Of a stretch of 55,931 nucleotides of DNA, positions 30,040 through 40,900 are shown piece after piece. Below the pieces are notes generated by a model. The model ran no database searches. It worked only from the letters and a program-made list of their open reading frames with translations, and was not told the DNA's origin. Source of the stretch: a virus (Duplodnaviria > Caudoviricetes); IMG/VR virus record IMGVR_UViG_3300010354_000113, positions 1-55,931 of that record, one strand, 5' to 3'. How positions within the stretch are numbered: position 1 is the stretch's first letter; every line of letters starts with the position of its first letter. A program made the translations under genes and the position numbers.

Positions 30040-30062
30040 ACACTGTAAAAGAGTAACTATCA

Positions 30063-31538
30063 ATGGCTAAGCAAAATCTTAATATTGGCTCGTCAGCAAA
30101 TGATGGGACTGGAGACAGTCTTAGAGATGGTGCTATTAAACTTAATGGTGTAATTAATGAGTTATACACCAACTTGGGAAATGATACCAATCTCCTAATC
30201 AATATCAACCAACCCGCAGCAGGACAAGTCTTGAGGTGGAATGGGTCAGTTTTTGCTGAGAGTCACTTAGATTCACTAAGTGCAGACCTTAATGTTAAGG
30301 GATTTAAGATTACGTCGGAGAGCAATGGCGATGTAGTCATTCAGCCAAATGGCGCTGGTGATATTAAGTTTTGGGCGGGTGGCACTGGTGGTGCATACAC
30401 ATACATTGATGGTGCCGATGGTAAGTTAAAATACAGTAACTTCTTTACTGCTCTGGGCGATTTGCCAGACGCTTCAACTCACCATGGAATGTTTGCTCAT
30501 GTGCACAATGAGGGGCATGGATATGTCGCTCATAGTGGAGCATGGATGCAACTAATTGATGAGGGGTCATCAATTGGTGAATTATCAGATGTCAATATGA
30601 CTGTTGGTGGAGGTCCTTCTAATGGTCAAGTATTAAAGTGGAATGCAGCTAACCAATATTGGTATCCAGCAAATGATGCTACTGGGGAAGGTGGTGTTGT
30701 ATCAACACAAAATCTGTGGGAATCAATTTTTGCAGATAGTGGTCAAACTACAGCAAGTGCACCAACAGATACTTTAACTATTGCTGGTGGGACAAATATT
30801 TCAACATCCATTACTGGTGATGTCCTGACAATCAATATGACTGGAGATTTGGGTGCCCCAGACCAAAATATTTTCTCAACAATTGGGTCTGATAGTGGAA
30901 GCAAAACTGCAAATAGCACTGCAACCACTATCAATATTCTTGGTGGAGTTGGTATATCAACTGCAATTAATGGGAGTAATCTTACCATTACAAATGATGA
31001 ACCAAATATTGTCCAAGAAGTATTTAAAACAGTTGCTGGAGATACTGGTAGCACTACCGCACAATTATCAACATCTACCCTCTCAATACTTGGTGGTAAT
31101 GGAATTGACACAACCGCAACAACAAATACTCTGACGGTAACCGCTCAATTCTGGACTAATCAAACTATTTCTGCAAACAAAAACATTATTTTTGATAATA
31201 ATGGTATGGCAGAAATTGTTGCTTCCCCGACATTGGGTTGGACAATTAGTGGAAGTGTGGCTGATGGGTATTCATTTAATGGTCCTGGTGTATTGACAAA
31301 CCAATTTAATCCAACACTCTATGTGTATAGAGGATTTACATATAGATTCCAGGCACCACCATCGCACCCAATAGCACTACGTCAAACTGCAGGTGGGGCG
31401 GCAGTGACAACTGGTGTAAGTGGTGCTCAAGATGGAGTGCAATATTGGACAGTGCCAATGAATCTCTCTGCTGGCACTACATATGTGTATCAGTGCACTC
31501 TACATCCAGCAATGGTCGGAAACCTCGTAGTTGTATAA
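30063..31538 (+). CDS. Baseplate-associated fibre-like protein with a gp9/gp10-type N-terminus and a C-terminal cupredoxin-like domain (491 aa)
   Basis: The N-terminus MAKQNLNIGSSANDGTGDSLRDGAIKLN..INELY is the gp9/gp10 attachment motif. Three internal ADSG.TTA..TL.I.GG..IST repeats; C-terminal HP...YQCTLHPAMVG. Confidence 0.75.
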   Translation: MAKQNLNIGSSANDGTGDSLRDGAIKLNGVINELYTNLGNDTNLLININQPAAGQVLRWNGSVFAESHLDSLSADLNVKGFKITSESNGDVVIQPNGAGDIKFWAGGTGGAYTYIDGADGKLKYSNFFTALGDLPDASTHHGMFAHVHNEGHGYVAHSGAWMQLIDEGSSIGELSDVNMTVGGGPSNGQVLKWNAANQYWYPANDATGEGGVVSTQNLWESIFADSGQTTASAPTDTLTIAGGTNISTSITGDVLTINMTGDLGAPDQNIFSTIGSDSGSKTANSTATTINILGGVGISTAINGSNLTITNDEPNIVQEVFKTVAGDTGSTTAQLSTSTLSILGGNGIDTTATTNTLTVTAQFWTNQTISANKNIIFDNNGMAEIVASPTLGWTISGSVADGYSFNGPGVLTNQFNPTLYVYRGFTYRFQAPPSHPIALRQTAGGAAVTTGVSGAQDGVQYWTVPMNLSAGTTYVYQCTLHPAMVGNLVVV

Positions 31539-31541
31539 TAA

Positions 31542-33422
31542 ATGACAAGAATAGTACCTGGAAGCGGCGCAGAAATCTTCCCAGTATTCAATAGTATTGC
31601 TGGTGTTAGAGAAGTATACGTTGTCAAGAGTGGTAGTGGATATGACCCAAATAATCCACCTAGACTTCGTGTGGAGAATTGTGGCACACCCATTCGTGAA
31701 GCGGTATTACGACCTGTAATTGAGGGTATTCGTGGAGAAATTACTGCTGTAGAGATCCTAGACCCAGGTGAGGGTTACGACCCACTAAGACTGGTAATCC
31801 ATGATGAGGGGGCGGCGGTTAAGGCAGACGGACAAATCTATCTAGATGAAGATGGGGGAATTGATTATATCCAAATAACTAAATTTGGAGATGAGTATTT
31901 TGATACTACTGCAGAAATTAAAGGTGGTGGTGGATCTGGTAGTGAATTAATCCCTGTGACTGGTCTTGTTACTGGTCTGGCAATTGAAGAGTTTGGAAGA
32001 AACTACACAGAGAATGATGTCAACATCGTTATCTCTGGTGGTGGAGGTACAAATGCAACTGGTGTTGCAACCGTAAATAGATTTGGACAAGTAAGTGGTA
32101 TTACACTTACAAATGCTGGTGAATTTTTTGAAACTCCTCCTATCATCCAACTAATTGGTGGAGGTGGAAGTGGCGCTACTGCTGCAGCATATATTGACCT
32201 TGGTAGAATTACCCAAATTGAATTATTATCTGGAGGCGGTGGTTATGTAAACCCACCTCAAGTTATTTTTGCTAGGGATACTGATTTAATCAAAACTGCA
32301 AGAAACCGACAATCGTTAGATGCTGTAGTATATGATTTAACAGGTATTCTCAAAAATGTTGCAGTTGATGATGATGAAATTTTTGTAGAAACGACAAACC
32401 AATATGTTGGATCTGGTAAGATTCTTTTAGGTAAAGAAATTATTCGTTATACTGGCAAGACTGCGAATTCTTTTACTGGATGTGACAGAGGTATAAACTT
32501 CCGTTTCGACCAGAAGGTAATTCTTGACAATTTGCAGGATGACGATGCTACTGGAATTTCAAATTATCAATTCCAGGTTACCGATAGAATCAGACGAGTA
32601 GTCGAAAACGCAACCAACAGAGTCCCCATTGTGTATGACTGGGACCCAGTTGAGAGAGCATTGTATCTCACATTTGAAGTTGATGAATTGGCGTTTATTG
32701 ACGCAGGAAGATCTGGCGAAAAGGCAAAAATTATTGCATTTGTTGCTGGGTCTGCAGCATCTTCTGGCACTGGTATTGCACCACATAGCTTAGTGGAAGC
32801 AGAGGGTCAAAACATTGTTGCATTTACAAACCCACTATCATTAATCCTCAATAGAAAATTTGAAGATGATGATGAGGAATATTTGGATGCTCAAGGTGCA
32901 TTGGTAACAGGCGATGGAATTATCGACCTTATCAATACTGGCACTGAGTTTGATAATCAAGTTAATTTGGATGGTGGCATTGCATCATCTAAATATGGTA
33001 TTGAAGAGACTCTTGGTGGCACCAACACCACGCTCTTCCAAGTTGGTGACCAATTATATGATGGCAGTGCTAGTACATTAGTTGCTACAGTGCAGTCTGC
33101 TGGACAACTTGGTGATGGGGATGCTCACATATCTACAGCAAATATTGTAATTGCATACAACACCTCAGCACTCTTCCAGGTGCCAAATGTTGGTGGTGCT
33201 GAAGTAGTTGAAGGATTAACATCTGGATTGCAGGCAACCACAGTCTCTAGAGTTACGGGTCCTAAGACTGGTCAGTTTACATTGAGTGTAAAGAATATCA
33301 TTGACAATGACCCAACTTACAAATTTGCTATTGGTGAAACACTCAGAGGGAATACTAGCGGCGCTGAAGCAACTATCATTTCTGTTGAGTATACCACATT
33401 CATCAGAAATGAGCCCGAGTAA
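31542..33422 (+). CDS. Virion structural protein with Gly-rich beta repeats (626 aa)
   Basis: Repeated SGSGY/GGGGSGA modules like those in gp7; sits in the baseplate cluster. Confidence 0.7.
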   Translation: MTRIVPGSGAEIFPVFNSIAGVREVYVVKSGSGYDPNNPPRLRVENCGTPIREAVLRPVIEGIRGEITAVEILDPGEGYDPLRLVIHDEGAAVKADGQIYLDEDGGIDYIQITKFGDEYFDTTAEIKGGGGSGSELIPVTGLVTGLAIEEFGRNYTENDVNIVISGGGGTNATGVATVNRFGQVSGITLTNAGEFFETPPIIQLIGGGGSGATAAAYIDLGRITQIELLSGGGGYVNPPQVIFARDTDLIKTARNRQSLDAVVYDLTGILKNVAVDDDEIFVETTNQYVGSGKILLGKEIIRYTGKTANSFTGCDRGINFRFDQKVILDNLQDDDATGISNYQFQVTDRIRRVVENATNRVPIVYDWDPVERALYLTFEVDELAFIDAGRSGEKAKIIAFVAGSAASSGTGIAPHSLVEAEGQNIVAFTNPLSLILNRKFEDDDEEYLDAQGALVTGDGIIDLINTGTEFDNQVNLDGGIASSKYGIEETLGGTNTTLFQVGDQLYDGSASTLVATVQSAGQLGDGDAHISTANIVIAYNTSALFQVPNVGGAEVVEGLTSGLQATTVSRVTGPKTGQFTLSVKNIIDNDPTYKFAIGETLRGNTSGAEATIISVEYTTFIRNEPE

Positions 33423-33427
33423 TTATC

Positions 33428-33434
33428 ATAAATA
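33428..33434 (+). promoter_or_regulatory. Late promoter (ATAAATA) for gp8
   Basis: Intergenic CATAAATA 24 nt before the gp8 ATG. Confidence 0.65.
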
Positions 33435-33458
33435 AACTTATAAACAAACTGGTGTAAA

Positions 33459-34994
33459 ATGGCGTTACTTACTGATCAATTCAGAATTTTTACTGCCAAC
33501 CGCCTTATCAGAGCACTGGAGGGTCCAGATCCCACCCAACCTGATATTGAGGCAGGCAGCGACCGTGACCGTCTTTATGTGTTTATTGGTCGTCCCCAAC
33601 CATGGGATAATGAAAACGCACCACCAGACCCAATCGACTCACTTCAAGAGTTTGGTGATACATTTTCGGATATGATTTCTCTGAAGAGAGTGCTGTCTAA
33701 CGATACGATTCAGGTGATTCGTAGAGTTGACTGGATTCCACCCGAGCAAACAACTGGTGGTTTGGGTTATGTTTATGACATGTATCGTCACGATTATAGT
33801 GCAACAAAAACTGCATCATCTGGTGCTACAAAACTTTATGATGCCGATTTCTACGTTGTAAACTCATCATATCAGGTATATAAGTGCATTTATAATGGCA
33901 CTTCACCTTCCGATCCTAACGGTAAACCATCAACTGTTGAGCCAACTGGCACATCTACATCTATTATTACTACTGCTGATGGATATCGTTGGAAGTATAT
34001 GTATACCATCCCTGTGGGTATGGTGTTGAAATTCTTCTCCAACGAATACATGCCCGTGCTGAGTGACACTGCTGTGGTGTCCGATGCCATTGGTGGTGAG
34101 ATTGATAGCGTTGTTATTGCATCATCTGGATCTGGTTACAATAATGGTACCTATGAAAGTGTACCAATCAAAGGTGATGGTGTTGGTGGTCGTGTTTCAC
34201 TGGTGGTTGACGGTGGTCGTCTTGTTTCAGCAACTGTTACATCTGGTGGTAGTGGGTATACCTTTGGTAAAGTAATCATTGACGAAGTTAATGGTATCGG
34301 ATCTGGCACAGGCACAGGCGGTAGCGTTGAAGTCATCATTCCGCCCATCGGTGGTCATGGTGCAAGTCCATCTACTGAAATGGGCGCTTATCGCGTCATG
34401 ATTAATACAAAGTTTACCTACGCTGAAGGTAGTGGTGACTTCCCAACCGATAATGATTACCGTCGTATCGGTCTGATGATTAACCCATATAAGTATGGCA
34501 CAAGCGAATTGGCATCTGAAATTACGCTGTCAGCAACAAAGGCAGTTATCTTCTCGCCAACATTCACTGGACAATTCCAAACTGACGAGATTATCACACA
34601 GTCTCGCACCATTGGTGGTCAGCAAGTAACTGCTCGTGGGCGTGTAATCTCTTGGAATAGCACAACTAAAGTGCTTAAGTATTACCAGAATAGAATTGAT
34701 GGTATCTTCCCAGAATTCACTGGTAGTTTGATTGAGTTTGAAGGCGGCAACCCAGTGGTGGGTAGCACATCTGGTGCATCTGCTGACCCAGATATCAACT
34801 TCCCCATCATTTCGGGGTCTTCGACTCGTGTTATCAATAACACAGAATATGACCTTGGTATGTCATTTACCAATGGTTATGCAAAACCAGAAGTTGAACC
34901 AAACTCTGGTCAAATTATCTACATAGATAATAGAGGTGCGATTACTCGTGCTGGTGACCAAATTGAAGACATCAAGATCGTAGTAGAGTTCTAA
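33459..34994 (+). CDS. gp8: Baseplate wedge subunit gp8
   Basis: LLTDQFRIF.A, YDMYRHDYS, FYVVNSSYQVYKCIYNG, DGYRWKYMYTI and C-terminal IIYIDNR..ITR..DQIEDIKIVVEF. Confidence 0.93.
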   Translation: MALLTDQFRIFTANRLIRALEGPDPTQPDIEAGSDRDRLYVFIGRPQPWDNENAPPDPIDSLQEFGDTFSDMISLKRVLSNDTIQVIRRVDWIPPEQTTGGLGYVYDMYRHDYSATKTASSGATKLYDADFYVVNSSYQVYKCIYNGTSPSDPNGKPSTVEPTGTSTSIITTADGYRWKYMYTIPVGMVLKFFSNEYMPVLSDTAVVSDAIGGEIDSVVIASSGSGYNNGTYESVPIKGDGVGGRVSLVVDGGRLVSATVTSGGSGYTFGKVIIDEVNGIGSGTGTGGSVEVIIPPIGGHGASPSTEMGAYRVMINTKFTYAEGSGDFPTDNDYRRIGLMINPYKYGTSELASEITLSATKAVIFSPTFTGQFQTDEIITQSRTIGGQQVTARGRVISWNSTTKVLKYYQNRIDGIFPEFTGSLIEFEGGNPVVGSTSGASADPDINFPIISGSSTRVINNTEYDLGMSFTNGYAKPEVEPNSGQIIYIDNRGAITRAGDQIEDIKIVVEF

Positions 34995-34996
34995 AA

Positions 34997-37900
34997 ATGC
35001 CCCAGAATACCAACCTGAATATCGCTCCTTATTTTGACGATTTCGATAAGGACAAGAATTTCTACAGAGTGCTCTTCCGTCCAGGATTCCCAATCCAGGC
35101 ACGAGAACTCACTACAATGCAATCGATTCTTCAGAATCAGATTGAGTCAATTGGTCAGCACTTCTTCAAAGAAGGCTCGATGGTTATCCCAGGTCAAGTG
35201 GGTTATGACCTCGATGTTAAAGCAGTCATTCTCCAGCAATCATTCCTGGGTGTCGATATCGAGACCTACAGAGAGCAACTTAATGGTCAGATTATTGAGG
35301 GTATTACTACTGGCGTTAAGGCAAAGGTCCTCTACTCGATTCCATCAACCGAGTCCGAGCGTGGTTATATCACTCTGTATGTGAAATATATTGACTCTGG
35401 AGATACTACATCTGGAGAATCCTTTAAGACATTCCAACCAAACGAGCAACTTCTTGCAGAAACAGAAATTACGTTTGGTGCAACTCTGATTGAAGTTGGG
35501 TCACCATTTGCACAACTTCTTCCTGTAAATGCTACTGCAATCGGTTCTGCAGCATACATCAATGCTGGTGTTTATTTCCTGAGAGGTCACTTTGTAGACG
35601 TGCAGTCTGCATACCTCATTCTCGACCAGTATAGCAATAACCCATCATATCGTGTTGGTCTTGATATTAGCGAATCAATCGTTACTCCAGAAGATGACCC
35701 ATCACTGAATGATAATGCGGCTGGCACTTCAAACTATGCTGCTCCAGGTGGTCATAGATTTAGAATTAAAACATCACTGACTAAGAAAGTAATTGCCGAC
35801 GAGACTGACAAAAACTTTGTCGAATTACTCCGCATTAATAATAGTAAAGTTGAGCAGTTTGTAAATGCAACTGCATATTCAGAATTAGAAAAGTCTCTTG
35901 CTAGACGCACTTACGAAGAGTCAGGTGACTATGTTGTTGATACAATCTCACTTAAAGCAAGAGAGCAACTAGATGATGGTTTCAACAATGGTGTTTATCG
36001 TGCAGGAACTCGGTCTGCTCAAGGTAATATTGCATCAGATGACTATGTAACCTTTGAAGTATCTCCAGGTAGAGCATATGTTAAGGGTTACAGGACTGAA
36101 TTCCTGGTGCCTCAGTATATTGATTGCCCTAAACCTCGCGATTATGAAAGTGTCCAAAACAGTATTCTCTCATTCCGTGTAGGCAACTTTGTCAAGGTAT
36201 ATGATGTATATGGTTGGCCTGACTTGACTGGTGAAGGTGTGTCTAAGGCATATCAAACACTAGAATTATATGATGATTGGACAATTGGTAATGCATACAA
36301 CACTGTTGGTAGAGTGATTGGTCGTGCACGCACAATTCAACTCCAAATTAATACAAATGCTACATATAACCTGTGGTTTTTTGACCCACAGATGTTTACT
36401 GCTATCAACTTTGCAACAGGAAATAACTCAGTAACCGTTGGTGATGTTTTAACGGGTAGAACCAGTGGTGCTAAAGGTTTTGTTGCAGATGCTGGTAGTG
36501 GCACATTCTGTATGTTAGAGCAAGTCACTGGTGTATTTGTGAATGGCGAAGTCCTCGAAAGAGATGGCAGAGTAATTGGCACCATGGAAGCGGCTCATAC
36601 TTATAGCATTACAGATGTAAGATCTTGCCGTGGTAGAAATAATAACAATCAAATTATCTTTGGTGCTAACTGGTTGTTAAATGACCAGAAAGAAATTGAG
36701 GCATCTACTGTAACTATTGACCAAGGCACTGGAGAGATTATTGGTTTCCGCACCAAGTTTGCAAATGACCTTCGCCCTGGTGATGTAATTACTCCAACTC
36801 AGACATCTGCAGAAGGTGAGAATAGTCTGAGAATCACAAGAGTAAATCCCTCTGCAATCGCTGTTAGCAGCGGCAACACATATTCTGGTGCTGGTGGCAA
36901 CTACATCTTCGATTATCTGAATCAAGAAGCAAAGATTGATGGCACCCTGAAAAAGGGCACAGTTACTGATGGTGAATATGCAACTATTGCAAGACTGAGA
37001 CCATTCGTCTTCCAGAAGGACTATCAAGATGGTGAAATGTCTATTGACTGTGCTCGCAATTCGATGAGGTCAATTACTGATGAATCATTCTTTGTCTATC
37101 GCACCTTTGCAAACAAGACAGTCGTTGCTGGTGGTATTACTGTATCTCTTCCAGAATCTGAGCAGTTTGCATCTCTCGATAATGAGAATTATATCCTCAC
37201 AGTCATGGCAGAGAATGGATCTGCTTGGGATGTTGGTGATAATCTAGACATTGACAACCTTAATGATACTGATGTATTAACAGTTACCTTTGGTGCTGAC
37301 CGTCAGTCTATCACAATTTCTGGTCTCACTAATGTCCAGACGGTTAAACTGACCGCTTTGGTGTCTAAGAATATCGTTACTAGAAAGATTAAGACTGCAT
37401 CTAAGATGCGTGCAATGAAAGTTGTCCGCACTCAAAATAATAATGATGTTCAAAAGTATGGACTAGCATATGGTAATCTGTATGGCACTCGTATCGAAGA
37501 CCGTGAAATCTCATTCGGTCTGAATGACGTATACCATATCCAGGCAGTATATGAGTCCGAGGATAACAATGATGCATCACCTCCATATGTTGTGCTGCAG
37601 AATCCAACCTTCTTTGACAATGGTAGCGTTGTCATTGGTAAGACATCTGGTGCCCGTGGTCGTGTAATCCAGTTTATCAATAGCACTCTTAGACTTTATT
37701 TCGTTGCTCTTAACGAAATTCCATTCCAGGCTGGTGAGCAGATTGATGGTGTTGACGATAATGGTGTCCCCCTCACTGCTATTATTGACGACGCTGAAGG
37801 GTCTGTTTTCAAGGGAAGCAAGGTAATTACCACTCAGTTTGAGTTGGACGCAGGTCAAAAGTCACACTTCTATGATGTGTGCAAAATGATTCGTCTGCCA

Positions 37901-40900
37901 GGATTTTCGGCACCAATTCGCAAAATCATGGTGGTGTTTGACTACTTCCTGCATGAATCTTCTGGAGACTACTTCTCAGCACAGTCATACACGGGCATTG
38001 GATACAAGGATATTCCTAAGTATAAGTTGGATGGATCAATTAACTGGTTGAGAGACCAAATTGATTTCCGTCCCGCTATCGGTGAATTAGCATCAGGTAC
38101 TGGCACAATTACAGCACCTTTCTATGTAAATTGTGCTTCTTTGGATTTCTCCGCTCGCCAATTTGATACTTCTGGTGGTGCTGGTGGGTCTACAATCTTT
38201 GACGTGCCAAAAGTTAATACTGAAATTAGATTCGATTACACCTATTACATTCCAAGAGCAGCAAAACTCTTCCTCACACACGACAATCAGCTGAAGATTG
38301 TTAATGGTGCTTCTCACCCAGAGATGCCACATCCAGACAATATTCAGAATGCAATGCTTCTCGCTACAATCGAGATGAGACCATATGTCTATGATGTTGA
38401 GAGAGATGTATTAGTCTACCCAGAAATTATTCGTCGTTATACGATGAAAGATATTGGTGACTTGGAAACACGACTTGCACATGTTGAGTATTATACAGCA
38501 CTGTCTCTACTTGAAGTCCAGGCAGAAAATACTAAAACCTATGATGACAATGGATTTGACCGCCTGAAGAATGGTTATGTGGTAGATGATTTCACTGACC
38601 ACACAGTTGGTGACGTATTTAACGTTGACTATAAGTGCTCTCTTGACTTTAAAGAGGGTATGCTCAGACCTTCTCACTATACAACAAACGTCCCACTGGA
38701 ATTAAATCTGGAATCTTCCACAGATATTGTGAAGACCAGAGGTAATATGGTCATCCTGCCATATGAGGATGTTGCAATCGTCACTCAACCATATGCATCT
38801 CGCACAGAGAATGTTAACCCATTCAACGTGTTTACCTTCATTGGTCGTATCGACCTGACCCCAGCATCTGATGACTGGGTGGATATTGAGCGCCTGCCCG
38901 CTCGTGTTGAAAACGTTGAAGGAGACTTCTCTGCTGTTGCTAGAGACTTACAAATTGACCAGAATGGTTTTGCTCCAATTCAGTGGGGATCATGGGAAAC
39001 CAACTGGACTGGTGAAGACTTAATTTCAACAACACAATTCCAAAATCGTTCTGGTAGTTTTTCAGCAGGTGGTCGTCGTCTTGGTCGTCTTGGTCACGGT
39101 CAGGGTCAGCAACCACTCTTCGTGCACGAAAGACGTACATGGCGTGTTGTTAACAACCAAGCACGTCAAGGTATTAGGACTAGAGTAACACCTAAGATTG
39201 ACCGTAAGTCGCTGGGTGATAGCATCCTTTCTCAGACTGCTATTCCATGGGTGCGCTCACGAAATGTTGCTTTTTCAATTGAGAGACTCAAGCCTCGCAC
39301 AAGAATGTATTTCTTCTTCGATGGCGTAAACATCACAAACTATGTAACTCCTAAAGTCATCGAGTTAACAAAGAGCAGCACTCAAGATCCCAATACAAAT
39401 GAAACACCATTTGTTGTTGGTGAAACTGTTGTCGGTCAAACTTCAGGATGCAGACTTCGCGTGGCGCCTGCAAATGATGGATATAAGACAGACCCATATG
39501 GAGTTGGCACGGCTTCCCTGTTGGAGTCATATGCATCACAGACTCCGTATCTGAATATTGATACTATGGCAATGGCGGAATCTGTGAATCCAAACTTCTA
39601 TGGCAATGTCCTTACTGGTGAGGTATTGATTGGTCAAACATCTGGCGCTAGAGCAATTGTTAGAGACCGTCGTCTTCTGACTGATAATATTGGCACCATG
39701 ATTGGCACATTCTTTATTCCATCACCCAAGAATGATTCCAACCCACGTTGGGCAACTGGCACCAGGACAATAAGAGTTACTTCAAATGCAACTAATGACA
39801 AGACACCTGGCAATGTAGATTCATCTGCAGATACAACATATACTGCATCTGGTCAATTGAGAGTTGTACGTGAGAATATTCTGGCAATTCGTAATGCTGA
39901 TATTGTTAGAGATACAGTTTCAGACGAAAGGACAGTTATCACAACTAGGACCGAAGATCGTCAGATTGGTTGGTATGACCCTCTGGCACAATCCTTCATC
40001 ATTGATGAGGAAGGTGGTGTATTCTTGACTGGTGTGGATGTATTCTTTAGAACTAAGGATGAAAATATCCCAATCTCAATGCAGATTCGCACCATGGAGA
40101 ATGGTTATCCAACTAAGGATATTCTTCCTTTCTCGGACACTACAATTTCTCCAGACCAAGTTGAATTGTCTGAGAATGCTGCAATTCCAACCAGATTTAC
40201 ATTTAGGTCTCCAGTATACATTAAGCAATCAATAGAATATTGCTTCGTGCTTCTGTCCGACTCCAATGAATATAATGTCTGGATTTCCAGAATGGGTGAC
40301 ATTGATGTATCTGGGACAAGGACCATCTCTGAGCAACCTTATGCTGGTGTCCTCTTCAAGTCGCAAAACGCATCGACATGGACAGCAGACCAGTATGAGG
40401 ATATGAAGTTTACCATCTATCGTGCTGAGTTTGTCGCAAATCGTGGCACAGCAATCTTTAACAACGCTGAGTTGGGTAAAGGTAATGGTGGTATTCACAA
40501 CCTGATTGAGAATCCAATTCAAACTCTGAAACCAACTCAACAGTTACAACTTCCTGTTGGGCAAAATTACAACTTCACTATTGGCGCAAGAATCACTCAA
40601 AGTCCATCAGGTGCTTCTGGCACTATTAAGGAATTTGATGCTGTGTCAGACCCAGAAATCATCACAATCAGTGATATTGAAGGAATCTTCTCTGCTGGTT
40701 TCTTGGATGCAAATGGTGATACATTCCAAGGATTAGCATCATCTCAATCCGTGGCAACTATTGTCCTGTCTGCAATTTATAATGGTGTATTTGAGATTGG
40801 TGATGAAGTAACTGGATCCACATCCAATGCTTCAGGTATTGTTACCAACTACACTGCAGGCACAAATACTCTAACACTAAATTATATCAGTAAAGAATTT

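Noticed and set aside
39071-39110. Short tandem GGTCGTCTT-like repeats in the VrlC-like gene
   Set aside because: They encode GRRLGRLGHGQGQ in frame; too short to be an array or contingency locus.
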